This document shows, in pieces, positions 30,613 through 43,034 of a stretch of 64,000 nucleotides of DNA. Within the stretch, counting starts at the first letter, position 1. Each line of letters starts with the position of its first letter. Made by a program: the position numbers and the translations under genes. The stretch comes from Chrysomallon squamiferum. Taxonomy: Eukaryota > Animalia > Mollusca. The notes under the pieces were generated by a model. The model was not told the origin of the DNA. It ran no database searches and saw only the letters and a program-made list of their open reading frames with translations. The DNA is taken from positions 15,004,001-15,068,000 of the forward strand of contig CM022668.1 in NCBI GenBank assembly GCA_012295275.1. Reading direction: 5' to 3'.

Positions 30613-31085
30613 GTGTGTGTGTGTGTGTTTATATATATATACATTATACTAACACCTCGAAATTTCGAAGTTGAAGAGGCTTGGAGAATCTAAAATGAAC
30701 AACTCAACACAAACATCGTATGTATAATCAGTAGAAATTATGTTTTGTTTATTTCGATAATCACAATTTTCATTTAAATGACAACAAAATGCAAACAATT
30801 GATATATAACTCTCTTAGAAGTATGACCAGACACAAACGAGCGATTTTTAATCGCTTTTTAATATAATCAAATCGAATGAAAAATAGAAATAGTAGTAAT
30901 AATTATTATGGCGAAAATTTACACACACACCGTACCCAGAATAGACACGTCACTATTTAAATGAATCTTAGAAAACAAAACAAGAAGAAGTGTTGAGACT
31001 TAAACGTTTCCCAGTAAAAAAAGAAAAAAACGAGACTGTTTCTAAATCGCTTAGGCTTCTTGTATTGCTACTTTTGATTACTGAC

Positions 31086-31125
<40 letters not shown>

Positions 31126-31464
31126 TGATGTGATAATTTTGATGATAGATACTTCACATTATCTGAAAGAATGACTCTATTAAAGGTACGTTTATGTTCA
31201 GTACATTTAAAGTAACCTCTCCACTGTATACCCATATTATTGCACTGTATTTGGAAGATTCTTTAATTAATTAATAACTAAATTAATTAATTTATTTATT
31301 TATTACTATTAAAACAAAACTGCAGGGTTTTTGATATTCACAGTCTTTAAGAGACAACACAAAACTGGACAGAAACATTGTCAGGGAGAATTTGATCACA
31401 GAGCCAATCTCCACGTATTGCCTGTAGTATTTTCTATAGTTGACTATTGCTATTGCTGTTGTTC

Positions 31465-31510
<46 letters not shown>

Positions 31511-31617
31511 TAAAAACCAGACCAGACTTATAAGTAAGACAGAGTGAGGGAGAGAGACAAGTAGTTAAACACTGTACAGGAAACATATGATAATGTTTAA
31601 TAAAGTAAGTAAGTAAG

Positions 31618-31668
<51 letters not shown>

Positions 31669-32370
31669 ACAAACAGATATGAAGTGTACCTACGTTGCTA
31701 GAGAATAAACAAACAAATATACAAATAAATAAACAAACAGGCAAATAAACAATCTATAAACATGGTATAATTTAAAACAAAATTAAAATCAAATCTACCT
31801 CGCTAAAAACGAAATACAAAACTGGTTAAGATCCGGCCTCTTCCGAATACAATTTCGGGAAACCTCGGAACTGTTCGGAACTCACAACCATACTATATTC
31901 TACACAACTACTGACAAATAATAAATAAGGGATATACCTTATGTAGTGGTATCACAGATATTTTATAACTTATTATCAATTCTAAAAAAAAAAAAATGGG
32001 AAAAATAAATAAATAAATATTTAAATTCATAAATAAATGTAAATAAGAAGAAATACATAAATAAAAAAAATGTAATAATTTGCATAGCCGCAAAATATAA
32101 AGTGCGTATATTCAGCAAAATAGGGCAATAATGTGATGTCACAAATAATTTTATCATATTTGCCCAATCAATCTTGAAACATATAATTATTGTTTGATTA
32201 TTACAGAAATATACTTTATATATATATATATATATTATCTTACTTATGTAATTTTTAGCAGATTAACGACAATTAAATACACTCTGTATTAAATAACATA
32301 ACATTAAATTTCGAACCATAATTATTTCCAGTCATCCGAGTTTACGCGGTCATATTAAAGATTTTTGTTT

Positions 32371-32401
<31 letters not shown>

Positions 32402-35400
32402 TTTATTTATTTATTTATTTATTTTATTGATTATTTATTTTTTGAAATGTGCATAGGTCATGTGACAAACAGGCACTTATAATTTGAGAGATTTACTAAA
32501 AGTGCTTCGTCATTTTCCGGCATGTTAAAACTCGGTATCTTCCGCCACGAATACAATCCCGAAGATATCCGAACTTAAGTGGTCGTTTTCTTTTTAAACA
32601 GCAACAGACTTCATTTAACGAAACACATCTTGTTTTTCTCCTTGTTTTAAACATACGTTTAATTTAGATTACTGAATTTAAGCTTGGTTTAAGAGTGAAA
32701 TCCTTTATTTTAATTTATTTTATTTTATTTACTTTTTATTTTAGAAGATTATATACCCATTTCTCTGAAAATTGCGATGCGGTTTTGATAAATGATATAG
32801 CTTGAGACAGAAATCTAACTGTTATTTAAATTACTGGGGGGAAAAAAATTACAAATGCATAAGAGTTTATTAAAGAATTTTCACTATCATATTAAATTAT
32901 TCCGTTTAAAACAAATCTTTGTTTCGAAATGTGCAAAAGAGATAGAAAATAGAAACTATGTCAGGTGAGAAATACGAAGACAGATATAATGAAAAGCCTC
33001 ATAGGCTGTGTTGGAGAGAAGCATGCCTGTAACCATGGTTACGTTTTGTCTCAGAAAAAAAAAAAAAAAATAGTAAGTGGATGCGTTATAATCTAGTGAT
33101 AAAATTATTTTTAAAAATGCCAACATTCATGCAACAACTAATTACAATTAAAATATTCTTAGAGATATGATAAACAGACAATATACGTTTCAGTAATAAT
33201 AATAATAAAAATAAAAATAATTATAATAACAATAATAATGAAGAAGAAGAAGTAGAAGAAAAAGTTTTCGTATCAGATAAATATTTATATAAATCACTAA
33301 AGTATCTAATTATGTATATTAATATTCGACCTATTGTCATTATGTAAAGATATACTTAACTTAGTATTTTTTGACTTAGTAGAAATATTCTTGTTTAAGT
33401 ATAACTGAAGCTTTTTCTCTTATTCACTATCAGTCCAGTATTACTGAAACGTATAGAGGATACAAATACAGGAAAGGATAGTTATATTTAAAATGTAAGG
33501 GGGGAAAATAAAATAATAATGATGAATAAAAATATACAAAATAAAAATACAGATAATAATCAAAATAAACCACCTTCACATTTCATGTTCCTCTTTTAGT
33601 TAAAACTATTATACAAAAATTAAAAAAAATAAAAAATAAACGTTCGGGAATATCCGTACATTTCCGAACATTTCCGAACATTGCCGATTGCTTCTAATGC
33701 TTCTAAACTGAAAATACAGGAAGTCTTGATTTGTGAAGATGGTTGTTAGCAAGCACCTGCCAAGCTAAGCTGGCTTCCGGTATGGAAAGACAAAAAATAT
33801 GACGTCATATATTTTCACACGGAATTGGACCATCTCATCTGAAGGGGTTTACTGTTTATTATTATTATGTTCAAAACTATGACTTTTATTTAAAAATAAG
33901 ACTAAGTCAACTATTTTTGGCAGTTAATTTAAATCGAAACGACGAAATATAAAATAAAATATTAACGTCATGGACATGGTTGAATATATTATGGTCGTGA
34001 CAATATAATAAGACTAATCTGTTTAATGTGTCATGATAATTCAATTTTAAATAAATTTAAATTTAGATCTATAATACACTTATGTATTTATATCATATAT
34101 ATGAAAATACGAGTTATAAACTTATTTTCTTCAATCCGCTGTTATGATAGTAACATTTTGATATATATATCCTTTCTTTTTTTTCACTGAATTTCTCATG
34201 AACAGATTTAAAAAAGAAAAGAAAAAAAAAGAAAAAAAAAAAAAAAAAAAACCTTCATACTATGACTAACTAAACTGGACATATTCTAGATGGTGAAATT
34301 AATTATGTTTTTTTAGCCTTTTGATTTGTTTTGTTCTGCTCGAAATCATATCAGTTATAAAACACACATTTGATCGTAACTACCGTAAGTTATGACGTCA
34401 TATTTTAAGACATTTTGTCATTGGCTCCCGAAGCGTCTGTTTTGACGTAATAGAGTGTCTGTAATGACGTAATAGACTGTCTTCAGAAGCTCTCCTAGGA
34501 ATGATTTGGAAGAGATCGGATATTTCATTAGTTGTTGGGAACTTTGCATATCCATTACATAATTATTAATTTCTTTTAAATACAATTTACACTGTACATT
34601 TTTTTTTTTTTTATTATTTTGGTATTCTATAGTGTTCTTCTTGCACATTTAACAAATTATGTATTAGGTATCTAAAAGTTGTCCATTTTTTAAAGAAATT
34701 CCGTCACGTTCATTGGTCATCAGTCAGTAGAGAATTGCTTTACGACCAATCAGGAGGTTTGTAACATCAGTTATACAACATTTCAACCAATCAGGACCAT
34801 TGTAACAATCAAAGAACCGCACAACAACTTTAACAACGTCTTTATAACAAGCTGCACCTTCATTTGACAGGAACGTTTGAATAATTATTAAAACAATCAA
34901 ATAACGCTTTATAATTTCATTAATTTGATAAAATTTAAATGATTAAAATAGACAAATAAATTACTAATTCGTTAATAACAACGTATAAAACTTTAAATAC
35001 CATATTTTTTTTTCACTTTATCGATTCTTTAAAGTATCAGCAGATTTCTTGATATTAAAACAATAAAATAAAGTTTTCTAAGAAATTTTTAAAAAGGTAA
35101 TATTGCACATAATGATACTGCTACTTACAGTAACAACAAGTTGTAACATGCGATTTAACTGGATGTAAACAAACAAGAAGAGAACATTAACAATGACGAA
35201 AGACATCTGTTAACTATTTTCAAATTTTCTGACGTAATTCAAGTCACAGCGAGTTGAGAAGCAGACCGATTGCATATTCCAGATCGCTAAAGAAAATCGT
35301 GTCGTGTTGTCGAGCCTTAAGCGAACTGGTCTAACGATGTGTTTCTGATATCAATGATGAAAAAACAACAACACACTACTGATAAGTCACGCTACTCAGG

Positions 35401-36594
35401 CAAGATTTGTAATGAGTATGTGAGTAGATGTGCGTAATATCCGTTACCATGGTGATTTTTTTTATCCTTGAAGGATATTGAAACCATCCAACGTAAGTTG
35501 TGAAGTTCTTTTGCAAACCAGTGTGAGTTAAAAAAGAAAGACGTTCCATTACCAGTCGACGCGGGTTTCTGGAGGTCTTTTTGACGGTACGGATTCATTT
35601 GCAAGGTGTGTAGCAGGATCGATGTGCTCATAACCAGAAACTTTCCTGTTAAAGATCAAGTCATTTGTGTACGTGAAACAACCTTCTGTGGAAAATACAT
35701 TTCATTTTCATACTTTTTTTCCCAACCTTGTGACACAATACCACCTCATTGTGTACGGGAACTAATCTTTGAAATCCTTAGATTATATTTTTGGGGACTA
35801 ATTTTCTTTTTTTCTTCTATATCTTGTACGGTTTGCCGTTTTACCTTCAATAACACCAAAATGTGAAATGCGTAACTATTTCTTCAAATTGCCTTGTCTC
35901 CTACCTGATTTCTGAAACTGAATTACTTTTTTTTTTCAAAATCCTTTCTTCTACTTCTGTTTCTAAAATACGCATCCTGTTCTGAGATATCGTTTAATTC
36001 CACGTCGTTCCTGCGAGAGAAATGATTTTTTAAAAAATAGCTTTATTGCATCGCGTACCGTCATTCTACGTATTCATGTACGTAAACCAAACTTCAAAAA
36101 TTTTCATTTTGATTAACGACGCACGGTCTTTCCACGAATTTCTGTACGTGAATTAATCTTTGAAATGATCACGTACCTTCATTCCGAGTATTTTTTTTCT
36201 GTATTTGAATTAGTCTTTGAAATTATTACCGAGTTAATCACGTGGTCTCGTTGCATATATCTATAAACATTGTTTTCTCCTGATGGTCGCAGTCAAACGA
36301 GCATACTTTTTAAACCAATGAACGGGTTGTGACGTCATTCTTGTCAAAGAATGCTTTAGCACCAAGAAAGAAAGTAGCAATCTTTCTGCGTGTTCAAACG
36401 TCCCAGTTTTCTCTTTCGTTTCTTTTGGCGTAGCTCTGTGTTTCTGACTCTTTGGTTAGTTAACGTCACAAAGAAACCACGTCTCTCCGCAGACAACGGA
36501 AGCTTTACATTCACGTCCTATATAAACTTCACCAATGAAAACAAACCTTCATCGTCTTGTGTTTCCTCTTTCCACCAAAAAACATCCACGAGCA

Positions 36595-36600
36595 TTTATT
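36595..36600 (-). terminator. Candidate proximal polyadenylation signal AATAAA
   Basis: AATAAA on the minus strand about 260 nt after the stop, with a second copy at 36605-36610. The context is AT-rich, so specificity is low. Confidence 0.3.
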
Positions 36601-36859
36601 ATTATTTATTATTAATTTTTTTTTTTGGTTTGTGTTAAAATATCGAGGCACTATCACGATGATAGGGGACCCGTTGATAATATCGAGGCACATGGTAACA
36701 TCTCTGGCTCGCAGAGCTGTGGACCAGCCGAAGAAGCTGGCGATTCCGCTTGATACTCAGTATCAACCTTACGTTCTTGAAGAAACAAACAAACAAAAAA
36801 AAATTATTTAAATTAATAATAATCATCCTATATAAAAGACACGAGTATCTCTGGTCCTG

Positions 36860-37929
36860 CTAAACATCTTCGCCCTCCGTATCGTGCCCGTTGCCCGCTT
36901 GGTTGCGAATCTGTATACTTTTTTTACTTTTGTATAAATCCCACAACCCCGACACTATCTCCGCTACGACGATGTCGCTGGAGTTCTTGCCCACGAGGCG
37001 CAGGGTGAAGACGCCGTCGTGACGGAGATACTCGAGTATGAACCGCGTGGCCAGTTTTTTCTCGGGTCCGGATCCCAGACGGTCCATGATTTTGAGGAAT
37101 TTTTTCACGTACTGGACTCTGGACGTCGGGAACACCATGTGCCAGAGCCACGAGACGAAACTGTAGCAGGACAACACTGACACAAACACTAACCAGAACC
37201 ACAGGAAGATGTAGATTTTTTCGTTAAATAAATTAATGGGAAGTACACATTGGACGGTATGACGTTGGATATTTTGCATCTGGCGGATATCAAAATCGCA
37301 CAGGGTTACCCTTGGGAAGCGTTCCGAAGGCGTCCAGTCTTTGCCGACAATGAGGTCCTCCAGTACCTGGAACCCATAAACGTTGTAATCCGTGGAGAGA
37401 AAGGAATTCAGCATAAACAACTGCCCCACGGAGTTTGATATGTACATCACCTTCATCAGTAAATACACCGCGACTAAATAATTCCCATATCGTTTGCCGC
37501 ACAACAGCGAAAGCTTCGCAGACAGAATGTGCCTCAGCTGAACACAGCAGTGGTGTCTGCTTTCCCTCTGGTTATCCAGACACCTGTCTATATGTCTCAC
37601 TACATACTTTATCGTCCGGATCCTCACGTCCGGACTCTCGTATTGAGCGTCCCCGGCTAGGCTCACTATCCGGTCCACGTTTATACCGGACTGTCCGTTG
37701 AGGAGACGCCAGATTATACAAGGGATGTAGAACATGAGGGCTTGTATAAGCAGCACCACCGGCACCCATTGGTAATACGTCAGTTCTTTTTCCTCGCGTA
37801 TGTGGTGCTCGATGGGGATGACGTCGTTGATGGGGATGTAGTAAGTGTTGGAAATCCAGCAGATGTTGTTGGTGTAGTCGACGTGTGCCGAGGTAAATTG
37901 TGCCGGACACCAGCATCTGATAGGGTCAC
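36860..37929 (-). CDS. inx: Innexin, second (last) coding exon; joined CDS 1215 nt / 404 aa
   Basis: The acceptor tttttttcag|GT GAC CCT restores GDPIRCWCPAQFT...NNICWISNTYY...TYYQWVP (innexin YYQW signature). It continues through the second-loop cysteines FPRVTLCDF and QCVLPINLFNEKIYIFLWFW, then YLRHDGVF, and ends GEDV-TAG. The phase matches exon 1. The ORF-track start at 37765 is an internal GTG, not the real start. Confidence 0.97.
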
Positions 37930-39265
37930 CTGAAAAAAAAAGAAGAAAAAAAAAAAATAGAGAAAATTAAAAATAATCTGTTACTACTACTACAACTACT
38001 ATTGCTGCTATTATAGCAACTACTACTACCACTGCCGCTGCTGCTAGAACTACAATCATGAATACAACTGCTACAACTACTATCACTGCAACAAACATAC
38101 TACTACTACCACTACTATCATTAGTACAATTTTGATCTCTAAATGACTTCTCCTTTGAAAGTGAATTTGTGTAAGACATTTTAACACATTACTATTTTTT
38201 TTTTTTGAAACCATGTTATTTTCCTATTATGAAAATTATTACTATCATCATCATCATTCATTAAAATATTATCATAATTATCATCACCATCGTCATCGTT
38301 CACAATGATACTTCTGAAAACCCTAACACACTAACACACTAACTGAATTAAAATATCTGAAAATAACAGAACAATTCACCAAAAAACCTTTTTGCAGCTC
38401 GAACTGCATAAAAAAAAAAAGAAGAAAAAAAAAAAGAAAGAATTCTGCAACGAGTTTTGGCAGACTTTTGACTTTATACAATTTACAGTTTTCAACAGAA
38501 GTAAATAGATTGACATTTGGGAAACGTAACGAAATTAGCTGACATTATAATGCCAAAGTTTTTGTTTACGTTCATTTCATTTCAGAAACAGTTTTGAGTC
38601 TGATAAGTATTTTTGTTAGAGGGGAAAAAAAAAAAGATAAAAAGGTAAAACAGAAAGAAAATATATAATAGAATTATCTAATTTATACTGATGTAACAGA
38701 GGAAAATACTAATTTTAAGAAGATTTTGAAAAACCAGCGAAAGGTTAAAAAAGCAAAAGCGAAATCATTTTCATTTATTGATTTTTATAATTTTATACAT
38801 GAATGTCAATAAAATAAAATAAAAATAATAAAGAAACAAAAGGGACACGGTTTATTCATTAGTATTTTTATATCTCTACTTTTTTCGTTCTTTTTATCTT
38901 TTGTTTATATTAGTATTATTTTTAATATTTAGTCTAGTTTTGGTTTATATGTACATTTATATTTATTATACGTATCTTGTATGTATATAAGTAGTTAGGT
39001 AGGTAGATATGTAGATATATTTATATATATGAACGTATATATTCATTTCTGTGTATCTACGGATACATGCACCTATAAAATAACATAGAACAAACACACA
39101 ATTTTTTTTTTTTAAAATCCAAATCAACAATGAAACCGGTACCAGTCGACTGCTCCCAGTTTTTCCCTCCCCTCTTTTACAAAACACGCTATTATTATAA
39201 GACTGACTACCAGTCGTGTCAATCGACTGGTACCGGTTTTTTGCAATGATACGCTTCACGCTCAC
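37930..39265 (-). other. Phase-1 GT-AG intron of the innexin gene (1336 nt)
   Basis: Canonical GTGAG donor and poly-T/CAG acceptor. Splicing rebuilds the conserved QYVG-DPI junction. Confidence 0.95.
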
Positions 39266-39410
39266 CTACATACTGGCGCGCGCTGACAACCACTGTGAAA
39301 ATGATGAGGATGCCAGTCGTGTAGAGGTGGTTCACTCTGTCTATCAGGTCGTCATCATTTCGTACCTTGACGTTAGCAACCCGGCCGACCGACCCGATAA
39401 TACTGTCCAT
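39266..39410 (-). CDS. inx: Innexin (unc-9/Inx1-like gap junction protein), first coding exon
   Basis: Encodes MDSIIGSVGRVANVKVRNDDDLIDRVNHLYTTGILIIFTVVVSARQYV(G), with the innexin N-terminal DD-x-x-DR-x-N-H motif and TM1. The exon is 145 nt (48 codons + 1) and ends at the donor TAG|GTGAGC. It is preceded by the acceptor ttctctattcacacag|G ATG. Confidence 0.96.
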
Positions 39411-39411
39411 C

Positions 39412-39440
39412 CTGTGTGAATAGAGAAGAGAAAAAAAAGG
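39412..39440 (-). other. 3' splice acceptor 1 nt upstream of the innexin ATG
   Basis: The minus strand reads ccctttttttctcttctctattcacacag|GATGGAC, a long pyrimidine tract plus CAG, with a TTTAAC branch-like sequence just upstream. Confidence 0.8.
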
Positions 39441-39662
39441 GTTAAAAATGATGGTTACACATACTGTTAGAGTGACGTAAATAATAAAAAAATAAATGTT
39501 GTGTTGTTAAGATAATGTGTGTGTGTGTTTTTCTGGAGGGTTTTTTTTTGTTTGTTTGTTTGTTCTGGTTTTGTTTGTTATTGTTTGTTTGTTCTTTAAT
39601 TTTTAAATTTTAATTTTTTTTTTTTTTTTTTTTTTGGTTCGTTTTGCTTGTTTGATTTTGAT

Positions 39663-39693
<31 letters not shown>

Positions 39694-39864
39694 TTTTTTT
39701 GTTTTTTCTATTTTATTTTGTTTTCTTCCAAGAATAACCGTAAAATATATTTCTTAAAAAAAAAAAAGCCACTTACGTTTATTTTTCGAGTGACATAGAT
39801 AAACGGTACATTTATAAGATAAAGCTACTTTTTTTTTCTAGCATAATATAAAACAACACTTCAC

Positions 39865-40455
39865 ATTTCTGGAATAAAATAGCGTTTGTATTTTTTTTCC
39901 CCCTGAGTAATGTATATTAATTTTAAGTTTCTAGTTTGAAGTTACTTTCGTCTCTGGAGTAATGTAAATTAACGGTAAATTTCCAGGAAAAATGTACTTT
40001 TCTTTCTAGGGTATCATAAATTAATGGTAAGTTTCTAAAAGCAAAATACATATTTTTGTTTCTGAAGTGAGATAAATTAATGTTACATTTCAGAACAAAG
40101 GTAGAACATTTATTTACATTACGCTAGAAACGAAACTAAGGCAATCTGCAGTTTTGTTAAGTTTCTAGGACAAAGAGATTTAATGCTATGTCACAAGAGT
40201 GAGATTAATTAATTTTATGATACTGGAGGAATATTTGTTTCAGGTTCCAGAGTAACGTAAAACATTTTAGTGTTTTAGGAGTAACTTTAGTTAATTTTAT
40301 GTTTTTGAAATAATGTTCTTTAATTCTGGAGAAACGACAGACAGTTCAGTATTATGTTTACAGAATAATCTTCATTTATGTTTCTGGAGTAAAGTTCGTT
40401 AGTTGATTTAGTATCAAAAGTAACGTTACGTTGTCTCATATTTCTAGAGAAACTT
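39865..40455. repeat. Degenerate ~50-bp tandem repeat (TTCTGGAGTAA...AAATTAA...GTTTCTA)
   Basis: Related units begin near 39902, 39952, 40003 and 40059. Further TTCTGGAG(T/A)AA words occur near 40246, 40324, 40381 and 40441. Confidence 0.6.
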
Positions 40456-40497
40456 AGTTACAGCGACATTACACTATATCGTTTAAACAAACGTGTA

Positions 40498-40660
40498 TGA
40501 CCTCGTTGTCAAACTTTAAAGCTTATACAATCAGTTCTGACGTCATTACGGTACTTTATATTTACATAAAATACAATGACCTCAGTACAGTACTTTAACC
40601 GTACACACATATTATGACATCATTATAATACTTGAATGTTTACACAAAATATGACGTCAC
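40498..40660. repeat. Degenerate ~38-bp tandem array carrying CRE/CRE-like octamers
   Basis: TGACCTCG 40498, TGACGTCA 40538, TGACCTCA 40577, TGACATCA 40615 and TGACGTCA 40652, with spacings of 40, 39, 38 and 37. The spacers are similar (TAC..TACTTTA...TACA.A). Confidence 0.7.
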
Positions 40661-41941
40661 AACAACACATTAAAACATCCTTTCAAACTTTAAAACTAAT
40701 AAAACAATAACAAAAAATCCCCCCAAAAAATATTAACAACAAACAACAACCACAAAAACCAACCCCACCAAAAAAACACAAGACAACTTCATGACGTCAT
40801 TACAAATAGATCAACACTTACATCAACTTTTTATGACGTCTCCATCTACGCTTCTCGACGCTTATCTAGAACAGCAATCACACACTCACACACACACACA
40901 CACGTACCAACCCCAAAATATCACCAACGTTCAAATTAACATTTAATAAAAATGCCATTTTCGGACAGTGGACGAGCCTCGTTTTAATTGGTGCCATTTC
41001 TGCCACCAATGTCAATGGCTAGGTCATCTAGGATGAACCAATCAATGTTCGATAATCAAATGACTGTTTTATACGCGATATTGCCTAAGGGAGAAGAGCT
41101 ATGACAGGTTATGCTGAAGTAATCAGAGTACGAAGTACGGTAATATGGCAGCAGAATTTCTGAAATGTCGTGAAGGAAATTCCTTATCAAATAATGGGTG
41201 GAATACGCGATGGAAGTCGAAGTCTCCAAGGATATATATCTGGGAAGGTATGAGAAGAATCGATGCTGAGATATGCTACCTTTGTGATTATTAATCTCGT
41301 ATCCGTGCCTAATTGTTTTATCTTTTTCTGTGTTCCTCAGTTAAATTAATATCTTACGTCGATAATCATCTAAATCAGAAATTTATACTTCAGCTTGATC
41401 GTATAATGAATGGCGTAAAATACCCATATCGTCATTTCAGAAGTAGAAGTAATACTTAGTGTAGCAGCATGAGCAGTAGCAGCAGTAGTAATAGTAGCTG
41501 TACCAGTTGTAGTAGTTGTAGTAGTAGTTGTAGTAAGTTTGTATCAGTAGTAATACTGATCTTGGTCAACAAAATAGTAATTATGATGATGATAATACAA
41601 AATAAACAATGGATGATAACATAGGCTTATTTTCAATTTAAATGTAAATCTAAATGAAAGGACTTTCAGTGATCATGTTATTTCGATTATACAGCCTTAG
41701 AGTCTTTGACCTTTCTTCTGGATCTGACTCTTCTTTGAATTTACTGACACACGCTGACTTTAACTTTTCACAGCAATAAGAATGGAAAATAATTTAAAGT
41801 GTGTGGTGATTGTACATGTCATACAATTTGTTAATAATCAGGTAGCAAGGGATCCATACAGATAAAGTGATTAAATTCTGAAACAAAACAGACAAACACA
41901 CACCAATAGATATATGCATACTGGCATGCACACACACACAC

Positions 41942-42002
<61 letters not shown>

Positions 42003-42274
42003 ACACGTAACACAATATGTATTCTGTCATACACACACATAAATATATATATATAATATATCGTACGAACATACACACAAACATACACACAAACATACAC
42101 AGATATATTACACCCATGGTGTTATTTTTTTAACACTATGTTGTAGTTTAGAAAAAGAAGCCGAATTATATTTTAAATTGTTAAACATGATTGTTTGTAA
42201 AGTTGAAGGACGCTAACCTTGACTAATAATAAAGAATGAGATATAATCATTATTTTTATTTAGTCTATAGAGAT

Positions 42275-42322
<48 letters not shown>

Positions 42323-42978
42323 AACATGCATGTTTATATAAAGACCTGCAGTGAAAACAATGAAACAATGGAAAATGATTTACACTCTAATAAGACAAAT
42401 AAATTAGCAAAAACTAAATAAATGAATAATTATATATATATTTATAGAATTTTTAATTTTATAAACAAAAAAGTACAAAAAAACCTCCCAAAATGTAAAA
42501 ATAAAGAGTTATTAACCACTTGTCACTTATATCAGGCAGTGTACGAGAAACTTGTTATTCAAACTGAAATACAAATTACAACCTGCCTGTTATATCTTAT
42601 CACTGTAAACCGAACTTCAGTTATCATTCTGTTAGGATTCAGAACACAGCAGGATCTTTGCTGCATGATGCCAAGGAAAGGAAACAAACTCAGTGTTTGT
42701 ATACAATACTTTAAAACATGGATTTATCTTTGCGCGACAGCATGATGCAAAATAAACACAGCCAAAACAATGCACATTTACACGTGCCACCCAAACACGA
42801 TTCAACATGTCGGGGAATTCAGATTCGATAAGAACAGAGAAAAACAAATTCCCGTGTCATGTGATATATCATGTTAAATTTGAGACAGACATGACTTTAT
42901 CTTTCGTGTGAATCAGAAAGCGCTGAGACGGTTAAATCAGAAAATCGTCTAATTCTATATATACAGATACATATACAT

Positions 42979-43034
<56 letters not shown>

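Noticed and set aside
36924-37933. Alternate-frame and antisense ORFs overlapping innexin exon 2
   Set aside because: Shadow ORFs caused by the higher GC of the real coding exon.
39219-39265. ORF-track continuation EREAYHCKKPVPVD after QYVG
   Set aside because: Reads through the GTGAG donor into intron. The conserved protein continues at 37929.
40498-40660. Regularly spaced short palindromes resembling a CRISPR-like array
   Set aside because: The spacers resemble each other, so this is a tandem repeat. The conserved part is only 8 bp, the context is eukaryotic and there are no cas genes.
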